This document shows positions 16,596 through 25,285 of a stretch of DNA of 32,624 nt, in pieces (within the stretch, counting starts at the first letter, position 1; each line of letters begins with the position of its first letter). This DNA is from a virus. Lineage: Duplodnaviria > Caudoviricetes. Location: positions 1-32,624 of the IMG/VR virus record IMGVR_UViG_3300033692_000021. One strand, written 5' to 3'. A program made the position numbers and the translations under genes. Under the pieces are notes generated by a model. The model was given only the letters and a program-made list of their open reading frames with translations. It was not told the origin of the DNA and did no database searches.

Positions 16596-17731
16596 ACAGG
16601 GCCGCGCGCCTGTGGTTGACCGGGCTGTGCCGGTGGCTCCGGTTCCTTCGGGTCGGGTGCCGGCTTGCGCTCCAGGTCGGTGAATTTAATCTTACACCCA
16701 TCGAGCGAATAACCGTGATATACCAGGAAAGGAATCAGCTTGTTGTTGACCACGTTGGTGCAACGTCTCAGCCTTGCCGCATGGAAGTCGTTGAGAATGC
16801 GCTCATGCACTTCGGCACTTCCTACAAAAGACTTCTCATCACTTGAGCCTGTCTGCCCGTTGATGCACTTCGATATCTGCTCATCGCAATACTGGGAGTT
16901 CTCCAGATAGATTTTGTAAAAATCGGTGTTCTGAGCCTGCTTAATCTCAATCTCATCGTCATGGTCGGTAATTACATAACCATTGGCGGCGAAGTTGGCG
17001 GCCATGCTTTCAATGCGATCAAGCTCTGCTTTATCGGTAGTGTCTGTCTTGATGCTCAGGTATGGCATTCCGTACTTTTCAGATGCCTGCGACCAATCGC
17101 TCCTTGCAAAGTTTTTCCAGATAACCTCACGGGCTATCAGTTCAAGACTGCCCAGCTTTTCGGCACTGCCCAGCTCTATGAAAAAGAAGTCTTCGGGCTT
17201 GAGGGTTCCCTCCTCATTGCTGTAAGGGATGTTGTTGCCGGGCGCATCGCTGTCGAAGCAGATAGCCTTTTTAAACGGCAATACGTTGCGGCGTGGGAAT
17301 GTAATCATATCAACGAACTCTCCCTCATCGTTAATGTCGCCAGCCTCCACAAGGGTATAACCCCACATCTCGCTGTCCAGGACAATGCTCAAAAACTTTT
17401 CGAACCACTCACGGCGCAGCAGTTCTGTTGCCTGCTCGTCTTCGCTGCCGTTGCGGGTAAGCACAAAAGGGCTGCTTGTTACTTTATTCCTGGCAATCTC
17501 CAGCTGAGCATGAACATGACTATCGCGCACAGAATTCTCATAGATGCCAATCAGGTCTATGCGGTCAGGGTTATCGGCATCCAGTGCATTCTCAATTGCC
17601 TGGCGGAGTGTTTTCATCTCCATTTTAATCCGGTCGGGGCTCTTCTTCTGTGCCTTCCGGCTGTGGCGTGTACCCTTTTCTGGGGTATTGTCCTGGGCTT
17701 TGAAGCCCTTCAATAAGTTGCTTAATTTCAT
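16556..17731 (-). CDS. Portal protein (DUF935 / Mu gp29-like)
   Basis: DSHVHAQLE...W...EKYGMP...CDEQISK.INGQT...SAEVHE. Confidence 0.9.
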   Translation of the reverse strand: MKLSNLLKGFKAQDNTPEKGTRHSRKAQKKSPDRIKMEMKTLRQAIENALDADNPDRIDLIGIYENSVRDSHVHAQLEIARNKVTSSPFVLTRNGSEDEQATELLRREWFEKFLSIVLDSEMWGYTLVEAGDINDEGEFVDMITFPRRNVLPFKKAICFDSDAPGNNIPYSNEEGTLKPEDFFFIELGSAEKLGSLELIAREVIWKNFARSDWSQASEKYGMPYLSIKTDTTDKAELDRIESMAANFAANGYVITDHDDEIEIKQAQNTDFYKIYLENSQYCDEQISKCINGQTGSSDEKSFVGSAEVHERILNDFHAARLRRCTNVVNNKLIPFLVYHGYSLDGCKIKFTDLERKPAPDPKEPEPPAQPGQPQARGPVKKRRAVSQDLPW

Positions 17732-18156
17732 GAGAAGTAAGGATTATGTGTTCGTGGATTGTTACTGCCCATTCGTATAGATGTGGCTGTCTCGCCATCG
17801 GCAGTAGTGTTTCTTTGCAGGCTGCATCCGTAACGTCCGCCAGCTATCTTATCAAGTTCCTTCAGGGTGTCGTCGTAATCTTTTATTACCCGTTCGGGAA
17901 TCTCTTCGTCGGGCACCCGTGCATATATGTAATAGAGTGAAAGGCTAATCATCCAGCGCATGAGACTCCTGTCTCTTTCGTCTCCTGTAAAGGCCAGTTC
18001 GGCCTGCACGTTGTACTTATCGCTCAGGCGGTCGGTAATGAGTGCGCCTGCATCTTTTTCGGCATCGTTCAACAGCTCATCATCGCCACCTGTAATCTGG
18101 TCAATGATGGATGTGGAAACCCGCGTTGCGTAATCTTCCTTCAGAATAAAGTCCAT
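17728..18156 (-). CDS. DUF1320 / Mu gp36-like head-tail adaptor
   Basis: Start MDFILKEDY (18156); IPERVIKDYDDTLKELDKIAGG; lies between terminase and portal. Confidence 0.8.
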   Translation of the reverse strand: MDFILKEDYATRVSTSIIDQITGGDDELLNDAEKDAGALITDRLSDKYNVQAELAFTGDERDRSLMRWMISLSLYYIYARVPDEEIPERVIKDYDDTLKELDKIAGGRYGCSLQRNTTADGETATSIRMGSNNPRTHNPYFS

Positions 18157-18157
18157 A

Positions 18158-19726
18158 TCAATCCCTCCTTGAATTATTGCGTTTGTAACCACCGCTGCGG
18201 GCACCCGATGCAGGGCCTTTGCGGCTGTGCTTTTTGTTGAGCATAAAGTGAGCACCTTCCACACTGTCGGGGCCATCGTCGTGGTCGGCATCGGGGAATG
18301 CCAGGAACTGCTCACGCAGTATCTGCATGTCGGGTTCCTGCTTCAGTTCCATGTTGAAGCGCAAAACGTGCTGTTCGGTAAGTGGTGAAAGGTTTTCGAT
18401 GCGTCCCTCTTTGTCGGGCTTCTTGCGGCGGTCGCCACGTATGGGCAGATAATTCCCTCCACGCTTGTCGCCTTCTTTATAATACTCTTCAATAAGTGTG
18501 TCCTGGATAAAGTTGGCTTCCATGTAATGGCGGCAATTGACATTCTGCGGAAGCTTATCGGCTATGTTGTAATGTCCTCGAACCATCTCGCCCGTGGTAC
18601 ACTGACGACAAAACACATCAATAACATCGAAGTACCTGCCAATGCGACCGACCAGAACAATAGACTTGTAGTCGTTCTTTTTGGTACCCTTGAAAGAAGG
18701 GTCGTTGTAAGTTACCAGCTTATCGTAAGTCGAGAGGTCGGGCAGCTGTGCCCATATCAGATCGTCTTCCTGGAATATGCGGCCAATAACCATGTGCTGA
18801 TGAAAGAACTCCCGAAGACCAAGCCGCCACCCCATGCGGGTCATCTTCTTAAGAATCATCTCACTGGTGTAGCGTTCTTTCCATGCGGGGCGGCCCGATG
18901 TGCTCAGGTCTTTTTGGTGGCGGTTGTTCTCAAGTGCATATACTTTAATATGAACGATGCCCTGACGTTTGGGATCTTCCGGTTCTACATCGCCTACCAG
19001 TTTAGCCAGGATGCTGGCCCGGTGAATACGGTTCCCTGCAATAATCAACCGGCTGCCTGTGTTGGGCATGGCTCCGTAGAAATCTCCCAGTACCCAGTCC
19101 ACAATTTCATTTACCCTGGCTTCGTTCTTAACTATCTGAGCATCGTCAATATCATCAACCACTCCGTAATTGGGTCGCTTGTCGCTTTTGCGGGTACCAC
19201 GGGGCGACTGTCCACGGCCAAAGGCCCAAAATCCCACACCATCTACAGTAGTAAAGTGACCATCCTGCCAGTTTCCCAGGCTAAACTGCTCGCCAAAGTC
19301 GGCAATAAAACGTTTGTTCAGCATCAACTCTGCCTGAACATCGCCCAGCAACCCTTTTGCTTTCTCGTTGTTGGCACTGGCAATCATCATTCCTGTAAGC
19401 TCGTTGCGTGCTTTCAGGAACATGGGGATCATGATATCAGCAAAGACAGACTTTGCATGTTCGCGGGGCCACTCAAGTACGGCAAAAAGGTCGGGGTTGT
19501 CCTGGATTTCCTTACCGGCTTTTTTGTGAAACCATGCAAAATCAGAATCCATCAGGTGGCTGAAGTAGTAATGCGCGAATTTTGAAAACGAAGAGGTAAG
19601 CTCTTTAATGCGCTTTTGCTTCTGGCGCAGTGTTTCGTGAACAGATGGTGCCGCACGTTGTATGCTCAACTTCTCATCGAGCCACTGCTGATACTCTCTT
19701 TTTGCTTTTACCGAGAGATCGCTCAT
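18158..19726 (-). CDS. Terminase large subunit (Mu gp28-like)
   Basis: WPREHAKS Walker A variant, VVDDIDD, YNDPS, HDDGPDS nuclease motif. Confidence 0.92.
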   Translation of the reverse strand: MSDLSVKAKREYQQWLDEKLSIQRAAPSVHETLRQKQKRIKELTSSFSKFAHYYFSHLMDSDFAWFHKKAGKEIQDNPDLFAVLEWPREHAKSVFADIMIPMFLKARNELTGMMIASANNEKAKGLLGDVQAELMLNKRFIADFGEQFSLGNWQDGHFTTVDGVGFWAFGRGQSPRGTRKSDKRPNYGVVDDIDDAQIVKNEARVNEIVDWVLGDFYGAMPNTGSRLIIAGNRIHRASILAKLVGDVEPEDPKRQGIVHIKVYALENNRHQKDLSTSGRPAWKERYTSEMILKKMTRMGWRLGLREFFHQHMVIGRIFQEDDLIWAQLPDLSTYDKLVTYNDPSFKGTKKNDYKSIVLVGRIGRYFDVIDVFCRQCTTGEMVRGHYNIADKLPQNVNCRHYMEANFIQDTLIEEYYKEGDKRGGNYLPIRGDRRKKPDKEGRIENLSPLTEQHVLRFNMELKQEPDMQILREQFLAFPDADHDDGPDSVEGAHFMLNKKHSRKGPASGARSGGYKRNNSRRD

Positions 19727-20166
19727 ATCATCTTGCGTTTTTCGTTCAGGTAGGCTTCAATGAATTCCACCAGTTCCTGAGCCAATTCAAGATTCTCAGC
19801 TTTCAGCCATTGCGAAAACTCCCTCAGCACTTTAATCATGGCACTCCATTCCAGTTCCTTTGCCTTCACTGTAGTGAATAGCTTTTGCAGAGCATCAATA
19901 TCTCCTTTGCTTATGAGCTTTGTGGCACCCTCTTTCTGGTACTCATCCTTAATGTTCTTGAGAGCAGTCAGCTGGTAGTTTATCAATTCCCACACTCCCT
20001 CTTCGGCAGTCTGCTTTTCAATAAGCGTTCGGCTCTTCTGCATCTCCCAGTTATCGTCCTGCTTCCATTTACAGATTGTCTTTTCAGACCTGCGCAGGGT
20101 TCGGGCAATTTCTTTTTGTGCCCAGCCGTCGGTGTACAGAATGCGTGCGGCATCTCTTTCCTTCAT
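19723..20166 (-). CDS. Terminase small subunit (N-terminal HTH)
   Basis: QKEIARTLRRSEKTICKWKQDDNW; coupled to terL. Confidence 0.8.
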   Translation of the reverse strand: MKERDAARILYTDGWAQKEIARTLRRSEKTICKWKQDDNWEMQKSRTLIEKQTAEEGVWELINYQLTALKNIKDEYQKEGATKLISKGDIDALQKLFTTVKAKELEWSAMIKVLREFSQWLKAENLELAQELVEFIEAYLNEKRKMI

Positions 20167-20223
20167 AATTCAACAGGTTTTGCCCGCAAGGTGCCTCGGA
20201 ATGCCCGTTAATTCAGGAAATAC

Positions 20224-20257
20224 TCCAAGGGCTGGACTAATTCGTCCAGACCTTGGA
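20224..20257. promoter_or_regulatory. Palindrome in divergent late intergenic region
   Basis: TCCAAGG-G-CTGGAC-taattc-GTCCAG-A-CCTTGGA. Confidence 0.5.
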
Positions 20258-20346
20258 TTGTGGTTATGGATCTGCCCGGCAATAGCTCACATTTGTATCT
20301 CAACAATGCCCGGAATACGAGCACGAACAATTGAACTTATAAGCCT

Positions 20347-21438
20347 ATGCAACTGAAAACACGCCATATCATTGCCCGCGACCGAAAGCAGATAACTTTC
20401 CTGCTGTATGGGCTTATTGGCGAAAAGATAGACGGCGATTACTTTGCCCAGGAACTTATGTATGCCGAGAAGGAGTACGATGAGATTGTTATTCGCATCA
20501 ATAGCGATGGTGGTTCTGTCAATCAGGGCCTCAGCATTGTGAGTGCAATGATGAGTTCCAAAGCTTTTATCATAGTTCAGGTGGATGGTGTGGCCGCCAG
20601 CATGGCCGCCACCCTCCTCCCCGCCGCCGACTTTGTGCGCATGAACGACTACGCACGCATTATGATCCACTCTCCCTACTACGAAGACGAAGAAGGTAAC
20701 AAGGTGCAAAACCTGAGCGCTAAGGATAAGAAGTCCCTGGAGTCGCTGAAGGGCATTATGGTTACTCTGCTGAGTAAACGTGGTAAGAGCGAGGATGACA
20801 TTAAGAAGCTCCTGAGAACAGACACCTGGTTTGATGCCAAAGAGGCCATTGAGGCAGGACTTGTTGATGAAGTTGTAACTACGGGTAAAAAAGAGTTGGC
20901 AGCCATGGCCCCTAAAAAGCTTGTGGCAAAGCTAAACGATGATGAATACCAACCAAAAAAAGCAAAACCAATGAAGAAAGTTATTGCAAGACTGGGCCTG
21001 CCGGAAGACAGCAATGAGGAGGCCGTATTGAAAGCCATGGATAAGCGCGAACAGCAGCTTGTTGATCGTCATATCGAAATGGCTAAGGATGTCATTACCG
21101 ATGACAATAAAGAGATGATGGCCAAGCTGGCCAAGCAGGATCTTGACCTCTTTACCGGGGTGGTAGATCAGCTTCGTGCTGCTGCCAAACCTGCCGAAGA
21201 GAAAGACACCGGCAAGGAGAAAGACGCCGGCAAGGAGAAAGACACCGGTAAGGATGGCAAAGGTGCCCAGGCACGTTTGAGCGACCTGGTAAAAGATGCT
21301 CAGGGAAAGAAAGACCCTAAGGCTGCCAAGTCTTTCGACTGGTATCAGCGTCACGACCCTCAGGCTTTGGCTAAGCTGAAGCAGGATGACCCCGAGAAGT
21401 TTGAAGAGTTGTACGATGAGTACGAAGCTTCTCTGTAA
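20347..21438 (+). CDS. ClpP-like prohead protease fused to scaffold region
   Basis: INSDGGSV...VDGVAASMA...IMIHSP...DTWFDAKEAIEAGLVDEV; charged C-terminal half. Confidence 0.9.
   Translation: MQLKTRHIIARDRKQITFLLYGLIGEKIDGDYFAQELMYAEKEYDEIVIRINSDGGSVNQGLSIVSAMMSSKAFIIVQVDGVAASMAATLLPAADFVRMNDYARIMIHSPYYEDEEGNKVQNLSAKDKKSLESLKGIMVTLLSKRGKSEDDIKKLLRTDTWFDAKEAIEAGLVDEVVTTGKKELAAMAPKKLVAKLNDDEYQPKKAKPMKKVIARLGLPEDSNEEAVLKAMDKREQQLVDRHIEMAKDVITDDNKEMMAKLAKQDLDLFTGVVDQLRAAAKPAEEKDTGKEKDAGKEKDTGKDGKGAQARLSDLVKDAQGKKDPKAAKSFDWYQRHDPQALAKLKQDDPEKFEELYDEYEASL
21199..21252 (+). repeat. 3 x 18-bp in-frame tandem repeat (EKD[T/A]GK)
   Basis: GAGAAAGAC(A/G)CCGG(C/T)AAG x3. Confidence 0.9.
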
Positions 21439-21472
21439 TCGTATTGTGTAACCCGATTTAAACCGCGATAAA

Positions 21473-21814
21473 ATGGAACCAATTGTAAAGTGGCCCTTCG
21501 GAGATGCTACAGTGACCCCGCTCACTGCCTCCGGCACTCAGGCCGTAACCATTCAGAACGAGATGACCATCATCGATGGTGTAAGCGTTCAGGCAACCGC
21601 AGCACGTACGATCAACCTGACTGTTGAGGACAGTGTGGGTGTTGGTGCTATCATGCTTGTAAAGAGTAAAACTGCTGCCACTGAAGCTACCAACTTCGGT
21701 ACCGGAATGCAGGGAAAAGCCCTGGTAGGTGTGGCCGGAAAGACCAAGACTGCAACTTTCATTTACGACGGCACCAACTTCGTTGAGGCTGGCGCAGATG
21801 TGCAGATCGACTAA
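21473..21814 (+). CDS. Structural protein (possible head decoration)
   Basis: 113 aa, T/G/A/V-rich, between protease and capsid. Confidence 0.55.
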   Translation: MEPIVKWPFGDATVTPLTASGTQAVTIQNEMTIIDGVSVQATAARTINLTVEDSVGVGAIMLVKSKTAATEATNFGTGMQGKALVGVAGKTKTATFIYDGTNFVEAGADVQID

Positions 21815-21848
21815 TTAACCAAGTTTCTAACCATTTATTAAAGAGACA

Positions 21849-22787
21849 ATGAGCGAAATCAGAACTACTGTATATTCCAAGGAGTTGCAGAAGCAATTGT
21901 ACCCTGACAACAGCTTCTATAAGAAGTCTGTTGCAGAGACCGGTGTGGCGGTTGATGCCGTATCGGTAGAGAAGCCCCAGCAGGGCTCTATCAATAAGGC
22001 GAAGAAGGGCGAGCCTGCGAGTTACCCTCTCAAAGTTGAAGCTGCCAACGACAGCAAGAGCACTTATCCGGTTGAGCTGGTATATGCCGAGCCTCTTCTT
22101 ATTCCTGCCGAGAGTGAGATCCTTACCAATTACAACAAAAGGCAAACCAAGCAGGCCCAGCAGGCTGCCGAAATCAACACCAAGTGTGCTGATATTGCTG
22201 TTGTAAACTGGGGGCCTCAGGTAAATACCAACCTGGTTAAGTCAAGCGGTAGCGCAAGGGCAACTAACGTGATTGGTCTTACCGGACAGCGCAAGGCTGT
22301 GACCAAGGCCGACATGCTGAAGATCTTCAATCTTCTGCTGCGTATGAATGTTTCCGGCTTGCCCGGCAACTGGTATGGATTGGTTACTGCCGATACCTAC
22401 ACCGACCTGTTGAATGAGCCTGACTTCGTGAACTACGAAAAGACAGGTTACACCTCCAAGCTTGAGGCAGGTATCCTTGGTAAGATTGCCGGAATGGAAA
22501 TCCTTACCCGCTCGACCGAGGCCATGCATACAGGTCTTCTGTATTCAAGTGCAGCCACCCCTGTTAAAAAGGCTCTTAATGAGCTTGCTGCCACCGACCG
22601 TCCTGGGAACTTGTTCTGGCACGATAAGATGGTTTGTCATGCCGAGGGTAATGCGCATGCGTCAATCAACGCAGATCAGGCAGCTTACCTGGGAGGAACC
22701 TTAATCAGTTCTTACACCCGATTTGGTGCAGCCATCAACCGCGAGGATGAGAAAGGCGTGGTCGCTCTCCTTGAGGATACTGTATAA
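21849..22787 (+). CDS. Major capsid protein
   Basis: 312 aa downstream of protease; GILGKIAGMEIL motif; followed by a strong hairpin. Confidence 0.8.
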   Translation: MSEIRTTVYSKELQKQLYPDNSFYKKSVAETGVAVDAVSVEKPQQGSINKAKKGEPASYPLKVEAANDSKSTYPVELVYAEPLLIPAESEILTNYNKRQTKQAQQAAEINTKCADIAVVNWGPQVNTNLVKSSGSARATNVIGLTGQRKAVTKADMLKIFNLLLRMNVSGLPGNWYGLVTADTYTDLLNEPDFVNYEKTGYTSKLEAGILGKIAGMEILTRSTEAMHTGLLYSSAATPVKKALNELAATDRPGNLFWHDKMVCHAEGNAHASINADQAAYLGGTLISSYTRFGAAINREDEKGVVALLEDTV

Positions 22788-22792
22788 CCCCA

Positions 22793-22831
22793 AAGCGATC
22801 AGAAGCAACATTGCTTCTGATCGCTTCTTTT
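22793..22831 (+). terminator. Intrinsic terminator/stabilising hairpin after capsid gene
   Basis: 16-bp perfect IR AAGCGATCAGAAGCAA/TTGCTTCTGATCGCTT followed by CTTTT. Confidence 0.8.
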
Positions 22832-22836
22832 AAGCC

Positions 22837-23082
22837 ATGAAAGCTATGTTACAAGAACACGGCAGGCTGCTCGGAGGGGTATTCAGTTTCATACTCGGAG
22901 TGTTCATAGAAATTATACCTACTGATATCCCCGAACTGGTAACATGGTTCCTTCAGAATGTTGCCTTTGTATTCACAATACTTGCAGCCTGGTACACCAT
23001 AAAACAAAAGATTCGCCATGAAAGAGAACTTCGCAAAATTCGTAAGAAAGAGCTGGAAGAGCATCAGGAAACACTGGAATGA
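22837..23082 (+). CDS. Holin-like membrane protein
   Basis: Two TM segments and a charged C-terminus, upstream of endolysin. Confidence 0.6.
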   Translation: MKAMLQEHGRLLGGVFSFILGVFIEIIPTDIPELVTWFLQNVAFVFTILAAWYTIKQKIRHERELRKIRKKELEEHQETLE

Positions 23083-23401
23083 GTACATCCCATTTGTGGT
23101 GGCACTCATAGTGTGGGCCTTTAGCGGCACCATCCTGAGAATGATAGATCCCACCGCCGGGGTTGACGATGCCGGATTGTTCCAGGCATTGGTATTCGGA
23201 CTGGTAATGTACTTCGCTGCAACCGCCTTTAGCTGGGTGGCACTGCGTATCGTGTTCCCCAACATCGGGAAGTTTGTGGACGATTACCTGGGGCAGATAT
23301 TCTCGGTGCATACCAACAACACCTTCCGGTTATGGTTCTCTCTGGCAATGTTTGCCGTGTACTTCTTCGGAGCAGTAATAGTACTTACAAGTGTTTTGTA
23401 A
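23018..23401 (+). CDS. Membrane protein (holin/antiholin candidate)
   Basis: Three hydrophobic segments; lysis cassette position. Confidence 0.6.
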   Translation: MKENFAKFVRKSWKSIRKHWNEYIPFVVALIVWAFSGTILRMIDPTAGVDDAGLFQALVFGLVMYFAATAFSWVALRIVFPNIGKFVDDYLGQIFSVHTNNTFRLWFSLAMFAVYFFGAVIVLTSVL

Positions 23402-23422
23402 AACCATTAAAAAACCATTGAA

Positions 23423-23950
23423 ATGAAAGGACTTTTGATATCTCTTCTTTTCCTGTTAGCAACCCTGATGGTGACGGATGGACAATCTGCCAGAGAGCAG
23501 GTTGTCCATACCTACACCGATGAGCTGGGCGTGCGTGAAGCAACAGGAAACAACGACGGTGCCGACGTTGAAAAATACCTGGCATCAGCAGGATTCGGAA
23601 AAGGCTATGCCTGGTGCGCTGCCTTTGTAAACTGGACACTTGAGACAAACGGAATAGACGGCCCCAAAGCGGCTGCCTGGTCTCCCGCCTGGTTTCCTAA
23701 CAGCAAGGTATATGACAGGCAGGAACGACCTCCACAACCGGGCGATGTGTTTGGGATCTACTTTAAATCTAAACAGCGAATTGCACATGTGGGCTTTATA
23801 GACAATTGGCGAGGTTCTACTGTAATAACTGTGGAAGGCAATACCAATGAAGCAGGAAGCCGCGAAGGTGACGGTGTATATCGAAAACGGCGCCTTGCCC
23901 GGCAGATTTACAAACTCTCAAACTGGATAGACGATGCTGACGGGACTTAA
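23423..23950 (+). CDS. CHAP-type endolysin with N-terminal signal peptide
   Basis: AWCAAFV (Cys), HVGFI (His), TVEGNT. Confidence 0.85.
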   Translation: MKGLLISLLFLLATLMVTDGQSAREQVVHTYTDELGVREATGNNDGADVEKYLASAGFGKGYAWCAAFVNWTLETNGIDGPKAAAWSPAWFPNSKVYDRQERPPQPGDVFGIYFKSKQRIAHVGFIDNWRGSTVITVEGNTNEAGSREGDGVYRKRRLARQIYKLSNWIDDADGT

Positions 23951-24197
23951 ACCCTGGCGGTTTATTGCCGCATTCTTGCTTGGCTTTACTCTTGGAGCCG
24001 GAGCAGGTACCTGGTTCTACAGTGCTATTCTGGATAAGCCTGAAACTCTGATGGAGATTGGCAAGCAGAAGATAAAAGGCAGAGAGAACCAGGGCACCTG
24101 GTCGAACGAACAGGAGCAGGCACCGGCTGAGGAAGAAGAGGAAAAAGACGGCTGGTGGATTTTTGGAAAACGTAAAGATAAGGAGGAAAAACAATGA
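23934..24197 (+). CDS. Single-TM protein (spanin-like position)
   Basis: N-terminal TM helix, follows endolysin. Confidence 0.5.
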   Translation: MLTGLKPWRFIAAFLLGFTLGAGAGTWFYSAILDKPETLMEIGKQKIKGRENQGTWSNEQEQAPAEEEEEKDGWWIFGKRKDKEEKQ

Positions 24198-24658
24198 GTG
24201 CAGTTACACATGGTGGCGATATAATGCTCTACTTCAATACAGGTACTTCCGCGGTGCCGGTATGGGTACCCGGGGCACACGCCACATCACACAGCATCTC
24301 CCACTCTATGAGCCCCAATGAGGTGAGCTCAAAGGAGACCGGGAAATATACCGAAATCAAGCCTGGAAAACATGGTGTTTCTACCATCAACATTTCAGGT
24401 CTTCACACCTGGGACGGGTTCGATTATTTCGACCTTAAGGAAAAGCACGATGCCGACGAGGTAATCATGTTTAAGCTTTCCGGCCGCCCGACTGATGATG
24501 AGTTCGTGGCCGAGCGTGCCGAAGAGGTGGGCGATAAGTACGAGGAAGGCAGCGGTTACATTACCGAAGTAAGCCGCGAAGCTCCTCACGATGGAAACAG
24601 CACCTACAGTGCCACCATAAGTATTATTGGTAAAACCGAGACTAAAACAGTATCGTAA
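24194..24658 (+). CDS. Tail tube protein (siphovirus type)
   Basis: HATSHSIS...EVSSKE...EGSGYITEVSREAPHDGNSTYSATISIIG. Confidence 0.8.
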   Translation: MSAVTHGGDIMLYFNTGTSAVPVWVPGAHATSHSISHSMSPNEVSSKETGKYTEIKPGKHGVSTINISGLHTWDGFDYFDLKEKHDADEVIMFKLSGRPTDDEFVAERAEEVGDKYEEGSGYITEVSREAPHDGNSTYSATISIIGKTETKTVS

Positions 24659-24966
24659 TGAAGCAGACAACTATCAAGGTAGCAGGGAAAGACTACCCGT
24701 TGTATAAGACAATGCGAGGGGTGGTTAGCTTTAACAGAAGCCAGTATGGGCAGAAAGACCTCGTAAAAGGGGACTTGGAAGCAATTCTTTACAGTCTTTA
24801 TTGCATGGTGCAAGGGGCTGCAATAAGAGAGAAGCGTCCTTTTGACTTTAGTTTCGATGAATTTGTTGACCAGGTGGAGCCGGATGCTTTGGAAAAGCTT
24901 TCGCAAGTTAACGAATCTGAAGACACGGAACCGCAAGACGATTCCGACACTAAAAAAAAAGGATGA
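24658..24966 (+). CDS. Tail assembly chaperone (gpG analog)
   Basis: Between tube and tape measure; ends AAA AAA AAA GGA TGA. Confidence 0.75.
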   Translation: MKQTTIKVAGKDYPLYKTMRGVVSFNRSQYGQKDLVKGDLEAILYSLYCMVQGAAIREKRPFDFSFDEFVDQVEPDALEKLSQVNESEDTEPQDDSDTKKKG

Positions 24967-25285
24967 CGACCTGACCATCGAGCAACTCACTGGAATTGCC
25001 ATAGGACAACTGGGGTTGGGTTTGGAGGATTTCCTTAACCTGACCCCTTTTGAGTTCAGAGAAACCTGGCAGGCATGGGTGAGGAATACAGAGCATAAAG
25101 AGAAGCAGCTGTGGGAGAGAACGAGGTGGCAGGTGTTCAGGTCTCTTTGTCCTCCTAAAGGTAATCAGTTAGGATTAACCGACTTCATTATTTTTCCCTG
25201 GGAAAAAGACAAGGTAGCCGCCAATGAGCCAAAGGAAAGTACGCAGGACAGATTTGAGGCGTTAAAAAACAAGTGGAATGGGTAA
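24953..25285 (+). CDS. Tail assembly chaperone extension (gpT analog), reached by frameshift
   Basis: LGLGLEDFLNLTPFEF...WERTRW; open in the +1/-2 frame from the A9 run with no ATG after it. Confidence 0.7.
   Translation, partial: KKKDDDLTIEQLTGIAIGQLGLGLEDFLNLTPFEFRETWQAWVRNTEHKEKQLWERTRWQVFRSLCPPKGNQLGLTDFIIFPWEKDKVAANEPKESTQDRFEALKNKWNG

Noticed and set aside
18157-18315. N-terminal extension of the DUF1320-like ORF
   Set aside because: Overlaps the terminase 3' end; the ATG at 18156 follows the terL stop directly
18527-19585. 352-aa + strand ORF and other long antisense ORFs (e.g. 16961-17716, 20932-21537, 7783-8415)
   Set aside because: Shadows of well-supported genes on the opposite strand, with no recognisable motifs
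14639-20166. Reverse-oriented head block as an invertible segment
   Set aside because: No flanking inverted recombination sites or invertase seen; it ends in a proper bidirectional terminator
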